From: Chthonomonadales bacterium
GTDB taxonomy: Bacteria > Armatimonadota > Chthonomonadetes > Chthonomonadales > CAJBBX01
DNA: 34,199 bases
Assembly: GCA_049967475.1 (NCBI GenBank)
Contig: JBMFSQ010000034.1
Span: forward strand, 1 to 34,199
Reading direction: 5' to 3'
In this document: positions 19,616 through 29,091 of the stretch, piece by piece
Layout of the letters: each line of letters begins with the position of its first letter
How positions within the stretch are numbered: the first letter of the stretch is position 1
The notes under the pieces: generated by a model
Seen by the model: only the letters and a program-made list of their open reading frames with translations
What the model was told of the DNA's origin: nothing
Database searches by the model: none
Made by a program: the position numbers and the translations under genes

Positions 19616-20851
19616 TTGGATATAAAAGACCAAGTACAATTGCTGCTGCGCGGTACCGCCGGTGTCACTCCGGAAGATGGTCTCGCCCAAAAGCTCCAAG
19701 AGGCCGCCGACAGCGGAAGACCTCTCAACGTGAAGTTGGGGTTGGATCCCACCGCCCCCGACATCCATCTGGGCTTTGCAGTGGTCTTGCGCAAGCTTCG
19801 CCAATTTCAGGATCTTGGGCATCAGGTGATCCTTGTAATCGGCGACTTTACGGCTCTTATCGGCGATCCTTCCGGCCGCTCGGCTACCCGCCCCATGCTT
19901 TCTCCTGATCAGATCCAGGAGAATGCCCGCACGTACGTGGACCAGCTCAGCCTTATTCTGGATCGCAATCGCACTACGGTCCGGTTCAATAGCGAATGGC
20001 TTGCGCCCCTAGGCTTTGCCGATGTGGTGCGCCTTTGTGCTCGAGTGACGGTAGCGCGCATTCTGGAACGGGCGGATTTTGCTGCGAGGCTCAAGGATGG
20101 GGCGCCCGTTGGCCTGCATGAGCTGCTGTATCCTCTGGCCCAGGCGTATGACTCGGTGGCAATCCACGCCGACGTGGAGTTGGGCGGCACCGACCAGACC
20201 TTCAACATCCTCATGGGCCGCGATCTTCAGGTGCAGATGGGGCAGTCGCCGCAGGTGGCGCTCTTCATGCCCCTGTTGGTGGGACTGGACGGCGTGCAGA
20301 AGATGTCCAAATCTTTGGGAAATTACGTGGGCATCTCGGAACCGCCCGACGCCATGTTCGGTAAAATCATGTCCATTCCCGATGAATTGCTTGAGATGTA
20401 CTTCGAACTCTGTACGGAAGTGGATATGACCGAGGTGCGGCAGATGCTTCGTGATGCCGGAGAGGGCCGCGCCAATCCCAAGGACATCAAGCGCCGTCTT
20501 GCTCGGGAGATTGTGGCGATCTATCATGGGTGGGAGGCCGCACAGGCTGCCGATGACGAGTTTGAGCGGATCCATGCCCGCCGGGAGCTGCCTGCGGAAC
20601 TGCCGGATGTGCCCGTGCCCGACACCGCCATTCGGGATGGCACGGTTTGGATTTGCCGCCTGTTAGCCGCCTTGGGGTTGGCGAAGGGCACCGGGGAGGC
20701 TCGGCGGCTGGTGGCCCAGGGGGGAGTTCGGCTCGATGGAGTGCGTGTGGAAGATGCGAACGCTGAATTCGGGCCGGACGCGTTGGACGGAAAGGTTTTG
20801 CAGGTAGGCAACCGCCACTTCGTGCGCCTCCGGCTGCCCTCCAAGAGCTGA
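19616..20851 (+). CDS. tyrS: Tyrosine--tRNA ligase
   Basis: GLDPTAPDIHLG, QAYD, GGTDQ, KMSKS and a C-terminal S4-like domain. Confidence 0.97.
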   Translation: MDIKDQVQLLLRGTAGVTPEDGLAQKLQEAADSGRPLNVKLGLDPTAPDIHLGFAVVLRKLRQFQDLGHQVILVIGDFTALIGDPSGRSATRPMLSPDQIQENARTYVDQLSLILDRNRTTVRFNSEWLAPLGFADVVRLCARVTVARILERADFAARLKDGAPVGLHELLYPLAQAYDSVAIHADVELGGTDQTFNILMGRDLQVQMGQSPQVALFMPLLVGLDGVQKMSKSLGNYVGISEPPDAMFGKIMSIPDELLEMYFELCTEVDMTEVRQMLRDAGEGRANPKDIKRRLAREIVAIYHGWEAAQAADDEFERIHARRELPAELPDVPVPDTAIRDGTVWICRLLAALGLAKGTGEARRLVAQGGVRLDGVRVEDANAEFGPDALDGKVLQVGNRHFVRLRLPSKS

Positions 20852-20864
20852 CGGGCTCCTCAGA

Positions 20865-20894
20865 TTGACGGCGCCGCATGTCTTACCGCATAAT
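20865..20894 (+). promoter_or_regulatory. sigma70 promoter of tRNA-Pro
   Basis: TTGACG-N18-CATAAT. Confidence 0.6.
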
Positions 20895-20975
20895 GTGAGG
20901 GAAGGCTGCAATGGCCTTTCCACCGGTGCGTGTGCTCCTTCGCGCGAGTTTCAGGCGCGGTGCGGCAAGGCGCTT

Positions 20976-21049
20976 CGGGGTGTAGCGCAGCCTGGTAGCG
21001 CACTCGCTTTGGGAGCGAGTGGTCGCCGGTTCGAATCCGGCCACCCCGA
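20976..21049 (+). tRNA. tRNA-Pro (TGG)
   Basis: Acceptor CGGGGTG/CACCCCG plus A; anticodon arm CTCGC-TTTGGGA-GCGAG; T arm GCCGG-TTCGAAT-CCGGC. Confidence 0.96.
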
Positions 21050-21147
21050 TCCACTTATTCGGTTCCCCAAACGGTGGGGGCACAGCGCGCTGGCCTCCAC
21101 ATCCTCGCTGCCCCTGCATCCGCTGTACCCTCTACGTGCCGGGTTCC

Positions 21148-21176
21148 TTGACAAACGGGAGGGTCAACGGTAAGAT
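21148..21176 (+). promoter_or_regulatory. sigma70 promoter of topA
   Basis: TTGACA-N17-TAAGAT. Confidence 0.75.
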
Positions 21177-21220
21177 ACGCGGGCGCAACGTAAGCCATTG
21201 AACTCCGCAGAAGGGGACGT

Positions 21221-23533
21221 ATGGGCAAGGATCTTATTATCGTAGAGTCACCGGCCAAAACAAAAACGCTCAAGAGCTTTCTTGGGCCGGGGTATCGTGT
21301 GGAAGCCTCCATGGGGCATGTGCGCGATCTGCCTGCCAAGACGATGGGAGTAGACGTCGAGCACGATTTCAAGCCGCGCTACGTGCCGATCCCCGAGCGC
21401 AAGGAGATCCTCAAGAAGTTGGCTGCCGCCGCGAAGGAAGCGAGCACGGTGTACCTGGCTTCGGACCCGGACCGCGAAGGAGAAGCGATCGCATGGCACC
21501 TGATGCAAGCGCTCAAGCTCAAGAACGCCCGGAGGATCGAGTTCAATGAGATCACGCGGCAAGCTGTAGAGGGGGCTTTGGCGCATCCACGGGATGTGGA
21601 TTTGCGCCGGGTGGATGCCCAGGAAGCTCGCCGCGTGCTGGACCGGTTGGTGGGATACCGCATTTCGCCGCTCCTATGGAAAAAGGTTCGCACGAACCTC
21701 TCCGCCGGCCGCGTGCAATCGGTAGCTGTGCGCTTGATCTGTGACCGCGAGCGAGAGATCCAGTCGTTCGTGCCGGAGGAATACTGGACGATCACCGCGC
21801 AACTCACCCCTCAGCCTCCGGAGCCGAGGTTTCCCTTCGAAGCGCGGTTGGTCGCTCGCGGAGAAGAGAAGGTCAAGATCACCACGGAGGCCGAGGCCCA
21901 GGAGATCGTGGCGGCCTTGGAAGGCGCCGCCTACCGTGTGGCATCGGTTCGACGAAGAGAACAGAGGCGCAACCCTGCCCCGCCCTTTATCACGAGCACG
22001 CTCCAGCAGGAAGCCGCGCGCAAACTGGGCTTCAGCAATAAGCGTACGATGACGGTGGCTCAGCAACTGTACGAGGGCATTGAGTTGGGCGAAGAGGGGG
22101 CCGTGGGCCTCATCACTTACATGCGCACCGACTCCACGCGCGTGGCTGCCGAAGCACAGACCCAGGCACGCGAGTTCATTATCCAGCAATTTGGTGAAGC
22201 CTACGTACCCCCGTCGCCCCGGCAATACGCAGCAAAGCGCACGGCTCAAGATGCCCACGAGGCCATCCGCCCGACGTCGGTCCTCCGAACGCCGGATCTC
22301 ATGGCATCGTTCCTCTCCCAGGATCAGCTTCGCCTTTACCGCCTCATCTGGACGCGCTTTCTGGCGAGCCAGATGGCAGCAGCTCTCTACTCCATCACTA
22401 CCGCAGATATCGAAGCCAACGGGTTCGTATTTCGAGCCACGGGATCGGTGGTGGTCTTTGACGGGTTTACCCGCATCTATACCGAAGGGAAAGACAGTGA
22501 CGAGCAGGCCGACGAGGAGCGGCCGCCGCTTCCGCAATTGGCAAAGGGGCAGGACTTGGAACTGATCGGTTTGCTGCCCCGCCAGCATTTTACCGAGCCT
22601 CCGCCTCGATACACTGAAGCTACGCTCGTGAAGGCGCTTGAAGAGAAGGGTATCGGGCGACCGTCTACCTATGCCAGCATCATCGCCACCATTCAGGACC
22701 GGGGATATGTAAAGCTCGAGGCAAAGCGGTTCTATCCTACAGAACTCGGCATCATGGTGAACGACCTGCTGGTGAAGCACTTTCCCGATATCCTCGACGT
22801 AGGCTTCACGGCAGAGATGGAGAACAAGCTCGATGCCGTCGAGGAGGGCCGGGCGGACAAGGTGCAGCTTCTACGTGAGTTTTATGGCCCCTTCGATGCT
22901 TCCGTCGAGCAGGCGGATGCCACCATGGAGCGCGTCAAACCCCAGCCTCAGGAGACGGACATCCAATGCCCTTCCTGCGGCCGCAAGATGCTTCTGCGGG
23001 AGGGAAGGTACGGTAAGTTTCTGGGCTGCTCCGGGTATCCCAAATGCAAGACGGTGCTGAACGTGGACGGCTCGGCACGCGACGGCAATTCACCGGACGG
23101 CGACCTGACGGATCAGCAATGCCCCAAGTGCGGCAAGCCCATGGTCGTGCGTACGAGCAAATTCGGCAAGTTTCTGGGCTGCTCGGGGTATCCGAAGTGC
23201 AAAACGACACTGCCTATGCCCGGCGCTCCGGGAGAGGGGGCCTCTTCTGACGGATCTGGAGAGCACGTGAGCGTTCGATGCCCCAAGTGCGGTTCGGACC
23301 TAATTCGGCGAAAGACCCGCTACGGCAACCTCTACGTATGTTCCAATGAGACGGCGTGCGATTACAAGACGTGGAGCGAATTGAACGGAGATCTGTGCCC
23401 CATCTGCGGCTGGCCTGTGGGTATGGTCAAGTTCCGCGGCCGGCCCACGGGCACGGTGCGGTGCACAAACCCCGCTTGCGATTACAGTGTGAAAGCGCCG
23501 CAGCCGGAAGCCGTAGCCACCCCGAGTGAATAG
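21221..23533 (+). CDS. topA: DNA topoisomerase I
   Basis: IVESPAK, DPDREGE, SAGRVQS, LITYMRTDS and four C-terminal Cys4 zinc ribbons. Confidence 0.98.
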   Translation: MGKDLIIVESPAKTKTLKSFLGPGYRVEASMGHVRDLPAKTMGVDVEHDFKPRYVPIPERKEILKKLAAAAKEASTVYLASDPDREGEAIAWHLMQALKLKNARRIEFNEITRQAVEGALAHPRDVDLRRVDAQEARRVLDRLVGYRISPLLWKKVRTNLSAGRVQSVAVRLICDREREIQSFVPEEYWTITAQLTPQPPEPRFPFEARLVARGEEKVKITTEAEAQEIVAALEGAAYRVASVRRREQRRNPAPPFITSTLQQEAARKLGFSNKRTMTVAQQLYEGIELGEEGAVGLITYMRTDSTRVAAEAQTQAREFIIQQFGEAYVPPSPRQYAAKRTAQDAHEAIRPTSVLRTPDLMASFLSQDQLRLYRLIWTRFLASQMAAALYSITTADIEANGFVFRATGSVVVFDGFTRIYTEGKDSDEQADEERPPLPQLAKGQDLELIGLLPRQHFTEPPPRYTEATLVKALEEKGIGRPSTYASIIATIQDRGYVKLEAKRFYPTELGIMVNDLLVKHFPDILDVGFTAEMENKLDAVEEGRADKVQLLREFYGPFDASVEQADATMERVKPQPQETDIQCPSCGRKMLLREGRYGKFLGCSGYPKCKTVLNVDGSARDGNSPDGDLTDQQCPKCGKPMVVRTSKFGKFLGCSGYPKCKTTLPMPGAPGEGASSDGSGEHVSVRCPKCGSDLIRRKTRYGNLYVCSNETACDYKTWSELNGDLCPICGWPVGMVKFRGRPTGTVRCTNPACDYSVKAPQPEAVATPSE

Positions 23534-23540
23534 GCGGTCC

Positions 23541-24893
23541 ATGGAGAGTGTCCAGCTATTGGTAGTGGGCGGCGGGCTGGCCGGTGTAGAGGCGGCATGG
23601 GCGGCAGCCGGCCGGGGGGTGCGGGTAATACTCTTGGAGATGCGGCCGGTCCGAGGGACCGCCGTCCATCGCACAGGCGATCTGGCGGAACTGGTATGCT
23701 CGAATTCACTCAAATCCCGGCTGATCACAAATGCGAGCGGCGTTTTGAAGGAGGAGATGCGCCTCCTTGGCTCCGTGGTGCTTGCGGCGGCCGAACGCCA
23801 TGCCGTTTCGGCGGGCGAGGCTTTAGCGGTAGATCGTGAGGCGTTTGCACGAGAAGTGACGCAGCTCCTCGAGAGCCACCCGCTCATCTCGGTGCGGCGC
23901 GAGGAAGTGCGACACATCCCAAGGCACCGGCCGCTGGTGCTTGCCACTGGGCCCCTCACAACGCATGAACTTGCCCGAGAGCTGCAGGCGTACACTGGAG
24001 AGAAGTCCCTGGCCTTCTTCGATGCGGTGGCGCCGACGGTTACTCTGGAGAGCATAGATCTCTCCCGCGTGTTCCGAGCGTCTCGCCGAAAGCGGGGGCA
24101 GGCGGATGGAGATGCGCCGGGGGACGATTATCTCAACTGCCCGATGGATCGCGAGCAGTATCGTTCCTTCTGGCGTGAGATCGTGGCCGCAGAGGTGGCT
24201 CAACCCCATAACCCCGAAGATGCCGAGACACCATTCTTCGAAATGTGCCTTCCGATTGAAGAGCTTGCCAAGCGCGGAGAGCAGACGCTCGCCTACGGGC
24301 CCATGCGGCCTGTGGGGCTCATTGATCCGCGTACGGGCAGGCGGCCCTACGCCGTGGTGCAGCTACGGCAAGAGAACAAGGCCGGTACGCTTTGGGGGTT
24401 GGTGGGCTTCCAGACGCGCCTCAAGTGGGGAGAACAGAAGCGCATCTTCCGCATGATCCCTGGTCTGGAGAATGCGGATTTCGTCCGCTACGGAGTAGTG
24501 CACCGGAACATCTATGTGAGCGCTCCCCGTGTTCTGGAATTGGGACTACAGGTGCGGGGCCACCCAGGGCTCTTCCTGGCCGGCCAGATTACGGGGGTGG
24601 AGGGTTATCTCGAATCGGCAGCGATGGGACTGCTGGCGGGCATCAACTGCCTCCGTTGGGCCCACGGCTTGCCGCCTGTGGAGCCGCCGGAGCAGACCGT
24701 TATGGGCTCTCTGTGCAGGTACCTGCGAGAGACGGATCCCGATCGGTTCGCGCCAATGAATGCGAACTTCGGCATCCTCCCTGAGCCCTGCGTACCCGTC
24801 CGCGGAAAGCGTGAAAAGGCGCTGTATAAAGCGGAGCAGGCACTTCAGGCGATGCGAGCCTTCGCCGAGCAAATCGGCTGTTGCGGTTCATAA
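23541..24893 (+). CDS. trmFO: FAD/folate-dependent tRNA (uracil-54-C5)-methyltransferase
   Basis: GGGLAGVEAA, ELVCSNS, CLPIEE, VGFQTRL, AGQITGVEGY, MNANFG; topA-trmFO synteny. Confidence 0.96.
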   Translation: MESVQLLVVGGGLAGVEAAWAAAGRGVRVILLEMRPVRGTAVHRTGDLAELVCSNSLKSRLITNASGVLKEEMRLLGSVVLAAAERHAVSAGEALAVDREAFAREVTQLLESHPLISVRREEVRHIPRHRPLVLATGPLTTHELARELQAYTGEKSLAFFDAVAPTVTLESIDLSRVFRASRRKRGQADGDAPGDDYLNCPMDREQYRSFWREIVAAEVAQPHNPEDAETPFFEMCLPIEELAKRGEQTLAYGPMRPVGLIDPRTGRRPYAVVQLRQENKAGTLWGLVGFQTRLKWGEQKRIFRMIPGLENADFVRYGVVHRNIYVSAPRVLELGLQVRGHPGLFLAGQITGVEGYLESAAMGLLAGINCLRWAHGLPPVEPPEQTVMGSLCRYLRETDPDRFAPMNANFGILPEPCVPVRGKREKALYKAEQALQAMRAFAEQIGCCGS

Positions 24894-25394
24894 GGGAGCC
24901 GGAGCGGGCCGTTGTTCTACGCGGCCGGCGTTCCTTTTGGCGGAATGAGGCGGAACGCGACCGCGAGGGGCGTGTCTTGTGGATGAGCGGACCCATCCGG
25001 CCCGTGCCAAGCATGCCCACAGGCGTACGGGAGACCTACTCGCTTTCCGTAGCGGCGTGCGGATGGCCGGCTGTTCGTACTGAAGAACGCTGCATCATGA
25101 ATGCGGTATGGTAGGGCGCCCGTCGCGCATGGTTTGCCACGCAGCCCACACGCAGAACAGCGCAGTTATCATCATCACCGTCGCCAGCATATTCAATCCT
25201 CATGAAGCCAGGCTCTGCTGGGAAGGCCGCAGCACCCACGCTCGTCCCGTAGAGGGGTGGCACTGAGCAGCCCTGCAGCTCTCTGATCGCCTTATTCCAT
25301 CCGCCATGGGGGTGCTCCACACTCTGCGGCACCGCATCGCGCCAAAACCCGCATATATGCCGTGCCGGCCGGCGCCTGCGCCAACTTCCGCCGA

Positions 25395-28300
25395 TCACCA
25401 TTCGCCGCTCCCTACTCGCCAGGGGTGGCTGTAAGGGCCGATTTCGTGGATTGGAATGGCCGCAAAGCCGGTGCATTTAAAGATCCAGGAGCCTGGCTTC
25501 AGAGCGAAATCCCCTCTCGCCGGAGCCAGGAAGCCAGGGTCGCCGGCCGTCTCCACGTTATCCATCACCTGTTCGCGGCCTCCGTCCCGGATCATGAAGG
25601 CGGTGCAACGGACGGCGACGTTGCGCCAGATGAAGTTCACGTCCGGCTGTTCGGCCAGTTGGCCCAGTGAAGGATAACGCGTGATGTAAGGCGGGTTGCG
25701 GATATCTACATCCTGTTCAAGGGCGCGGACGACCTCGGGGCTTTGGAGGAAGGTGCGCCATCGTTGCCCGCCCCAGGGCGAGAAGCTGAGGGCGTACTTG
25801 CAATCCACAAACAGGTTGTTCTCTACGATGTTCTCTTTGCCGCCGTGGATCTGAACGGCGCCGAAGCTACCCTCGGAGGCTTTCCAGAAGAGATTGCCAT
25901 AGATCACGACGCCGCTGATGGCGTCATCGAGGCGTACGCCGGCATGCATCAGGCGGTCGGTTCCGTCGCCCATATGGTGGAAGAAGTTGTAGCGGATGAC
26001 CACGCCGCGATACGACGGGTTGAACCACATGTCCAAGGCGCCTTGGTCGTCCGTCTCAGTGATTACGTGGTGGATCTCGTTGAACTCGATCACATGATCG
26101 TTCCCCTCGATGCGGAGGGCGTGTCCCGGCGAGTTATAGATGCAGTTGTGGGCAATGCGTGCGCCCACTCCTTCCGCCAGTACAGCGGGTGTGTAGGTGT
26201 GGTCCCACTGAGAAAAGTCGTGGATGACGCAGTTCTCCACCACGTTGTTGCCCGGTGTGAGCGTTTTGCGATCGCCGCCTGAGACAACGACGCCGCCGCG
26301 GGCGAGTTCATGCAGGAGGCAGCCAAAGACGAGACAATCTTGTGCATGGTTCAAGACGATTGCTGTGCCGCCCAGCTTCCGCAGCACGCAGCCTTCGATT
26401 GCAATGCGGGTGCAGCGGTCCCCCTCGATGCCCGTTGATGAGCCGGCTTCAAAGCAAAGGTGCTGGAAGCGGATGTCGCTGGCATCCTGCATCTTCACGA
26501 AGGGGCCATCCAGTGCCGAGAGTTCGATCGTCGCGTGCTTTGTGTCCGCTGGAGGGATCAGGTAGACGCGCCGGTTTGCCCGGTCCAAACACCATTCACC
26601 GGGAGTTTCGAGTTCTTCAATCAGGTTGTAGGCGAACCAGGGCATTCCGGGGCGCGGAGTGTAGGCTGATGGCTGCGCCGTGGTGATGGAATGGCGTTCC
26701 GTGTTCACAGAAGCGAGGCGTACTGCGGTGTCGGCCCACAGCCATCCCCAATAGCCGTGCAGCCAGGCATCTGTTGCGGATACCCATTGATTTGGGCGTT
26801 CGCCGTAGTATTGGAAGGTGAAGCCGCGGCCATCCCCGCCTGCGTCAAGGATTGGGCCGGTTAGGACCCACCCCTTCTTAGGCCAGCGCGCCAGCGGGAG
26901 GGCTCGGCCGTTCCAGTACAGGCGGGGCACTGGGGCGGCCGCAAAGCCCACTCCATGCGGCGCCAGCGGCGCCACGGCAGCGGCTTCGTTCGGGCTCAGG
27001 TCGGCTTCCAATACCTTGGAGCGCGCTGGGGAAGGGATCTTGGCCAACACGGAAGCATCGGTAACCGGCTTGAAATGGCGGAGTACGATGGACCCGTTGA
27101 AACACACCTTGGCTCCAGGAAGTGCGGAATAAATGATGGGTGATGCCTGCGAGCCGCTGTCTTCGTGGGTGAGTATGACCGGCGATGCCACAGGGTACGT
27201 TCCAGGCAGGAACAGAACCCGTATTCCTCCCCGGGGAAGCGTGCCCAGGGTCTTGATGCGCCGGATTGCGGCTACGGCGCCGGCAAACGACCTCAGAGGA
27301 TTGGCGCGCGTGCCGGGGTTCGCGTCCGAACCTGTAGGGGACACATACAGGGTCCGACCGGGTTTGGGATCATTTGGGACGCGGGTGCGGCCGTTGGACG
27401 AATGCTTCATGGCGCCGGCTCCGATGCGGCGGGCGAGGTCTTGTGCCTCGAGACGGTGACTGGCTGGGGCTACACGGTCGGACATGATTTCCTGGAGTGT
27501 GAGGCGTGCCGCCTTGACATCGCCGAGAGCTATTTGCGAGCGCGCCAGCAGGAGCTGGGCGTAACTGCGCATGCCGTAGGGTCCCCCGTCGGCAGATGCG
27601 AGCTTGGCGTAGAGGCGGGCAGCCTCAGAAAACTTCCCGGCGCCGCGAAGCAGGTGCGCCTCTTCCAACTGGATCTGCCGCCGGAGGGTTTGAGGCGTGT
27701 CTTTCCATGACATTACGGTATTGTATGTCCGGAGGGCGTGGGAAACGGCTCCTGCGCGTCCGAAGGCGCGAGCCGCTGATATGAGGAGCGCCCGCCGTTC
27801 TGCGGGGCTTACATCTCCTTTGGACAGGCTCATCAGAAGGTTGGCAGGCAATCCTGCATTATCCAGACCACGGGCAGCAAGCCGCATCAATGCGGTTCGG
27901 CGCAGGGCCCATTGCGTTCGGGCATCGGCGAGGATGGCGCCCAGCGCACGGAACGCGGTGCTTTCCCTGCTCATGTCTTCGGCGCACCGTGCCAGCAGCA
28001 GGCGGGCAACGGCGCGGAGATCAGGCGGCACGTTCGCCTCTTTGATGACGCGCGCGCAATCGTCCACGCATGCAGAGGGATCCCGCCTCTTGATTGCCTC
28101 TTCGGCATGAAGCAGGTAACCGGCGCCGGGCGGCAGCGCCGCAGCGTTCAGGAAACGCTTCAACACGAAGTCGGCTCCTACCGGCTCCGGATAGAGGGTA
28201 ACTTCTGCTACGTCGAGCTTCACCGAGCCCCAGCCCGCGTCTGCATACCCGATGCGGAAACGATCGCCCGGCGTGAAGGGCCCACTGTACGCAGCGCTGC

Positions 28301-28925
28301 CCGCCAACACGCCGTCTAGGTAAAGGCACATTTCCCGGCGGTCCCAGGTAGCCACCAGGTGGTGCCACACGCCGTCGGGAAGCGGCCCGCATCCGAAGAG
28401 GCCTGCCGAGCTGTTGGGGCTGGGCCGTCCGATCTCAAATCCGAAGGTCTGTTCCGGATACGTCGTCGTGACACGGAAGCCGTCCCAGTACCCGCCGCCT
28501 ACAGCCACGAGGGTGCCGTTCGTGGCACCCCCGTTCCCTCGGATGGCTCCCGGACCATTCTTGCGGAACCAGATCTCCACGGCAAATCCAGCGGGCCCGG
28601 GCATGAACGGTAGAGCCGCCAAAGATCCCCGATCTATCCGCAAGGCCTTGGTGCGGGCTTTGGGCCCTGGAACGAGCCCGACCCCCTCATCCGCGAGTGC
28701 GTTGCTGTGTACTGGTTCATACTGCAGCGTGTCAGGATCGTTGGCGACGGCGCCGGCGCTTTCGAGGACGCGGGTGGCCGGGAAGGCGTAACGCCTCTCA
28801 ATGGAGGGGTGTTGTGGGGCGGCAGAAGGCAAAGGCGATGCACTTGCCGCGGAGCAGCCGATTTGCATCGTCGCGAGGCACCAGGCAAAAGCTGCCGGGA
28901 GAGAAACCTGCCGAAAGCCGATCAT
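25395..28925 (-). CDS. Secreted LamG + TPR-like + right-handed beta-helix protein (putative carbohydrate-active enzyme)
   Basis: LamG WHHLVATWD...LYLDG; helical TPR-like repeats; YVSPTGSDANPGT..P, LARWP, NLIEELETPGEW, GNDHVIEFNEIH, DQGA. Start chosen at the ATG with AGAGG SD (ORF track gives 28952). Confidence 0.8.
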   Translation of the reverse strand: MIGFRQVSLPAAFAWCLATMQIGCSAASASPLPSAAPQHPSIERRYAFPATRVLESAGAVANDPDTLQYEPVHSNALADEGVGLVPGPKARTKALRIDRGSLAALPFMPGPAGFAVEIWFRKNGPGAIRGNGGATNGTLVAVGGGYWDGFRVTTTYPEQTFGFEIGRPSPNSSAGLFGCGPLPDGVWHHLVATWDRREMCLYLDGVLAGSAAYSGPFTPGDRFRIGYADAGWGSVKLDVAEVTLYPEPVGADFVLKRFLNAAALPPGAGYLLHAEEAIKRRDPSACVDDCARVIKEANVPPDLRAVARLLLARCAEDMSRESTAFRALGAILADARTQWALRRTALMRLAARGLDNAGLPANLLMSLSKGDVSPAERRALLISAARAFGRAGAVSHALRTYNTVMSWKDTPQTLRRQIQLEEAHLLRGAGKFSEAARLYAKLASADGGPYGMRSYAQLLLARSQIALGDVKAARLTLQEIMSDRVAPASHRLEAQDLARRIGAGAMKHSSNGRTRVPNDPKPGRTLYVSPTGSDANPGTRANPLRSFAGAVAAIRRIKTLGTLPRGGIRVLFLPGTYPVASPVILTHEDSGSQASPIIYSALPGAKVCFNGSIVLRHFKPVTDASVLAKIPSPARSKVLEADLSPNEAAAVAPLAPHGVGFAAAPVPRLYWNGRALPLARWPKKGWVLTGPILDAGGDGRGFTFQYYGERPNQWVSATDAWLHGYWGWLWADTAVRLASVNTERHSITTAQPSAYTPRPGMPWFAYNLIEELETPGEWCLDRANRRVYLIPPADTKHATIELSALDGPFVKMQDASDIRFQHLCFEAGSSTGIEGDRCTRIAIEGCVLRKLGGTAIVLNHAQDCLVFGCLLHELARGGVVVSGGDRKTLTPGNNVVENCVIHDFSQWDHTYTPAVLAEGVGARIAHNCIYNSPGHALRIEGNDHVIEFNEIHHVITETDDQGALDMWFNPSYRGVVIRYNFFHHMGDGTDRLMHAGVRLDDAISGVVIYGNLFWKASEGSFGAVQIHGGKENIVENNLFVDCKYALSFSPWGGQRWRTFLQSPEVVRALEQDVDIRNPPYITRYPSLGQLAEQPDVNFIWRNVAVRCTAFMIRDGGREQVMDNVETAGDPGFLAPARGDFALKPGSWIFKCTGFAAIPIHEIGPYSHPWRVGSGEW

Positions 28926-29091
28926 GAGGTGTCCTCTTTTGGAATGTAGCAATGTCCCACACCAGGGTTAGTCCGGGAACGCGTTCTTTCCTTCCATGGC
29001 CGTAGAGGGTTCACAGGGTTTTGTGGCGAACCAACGGAGGGGCCTTGAAGGACGATGATGCTGCGGCCCACATGGGGGAGGGAAGAGTGCA

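Noticed and set aside
20976..21053. tRNA genes lacking encoded CCA
   Set aside because: Common in many bacteria; CCA is added post-transcriptionally.
22960..23210. Near-duplicate DNA (GKFLGCSGYPKCKT twice) in topA
   Set aside because: Ordinary tandem topoisomerase zinc-ribbon repeats.
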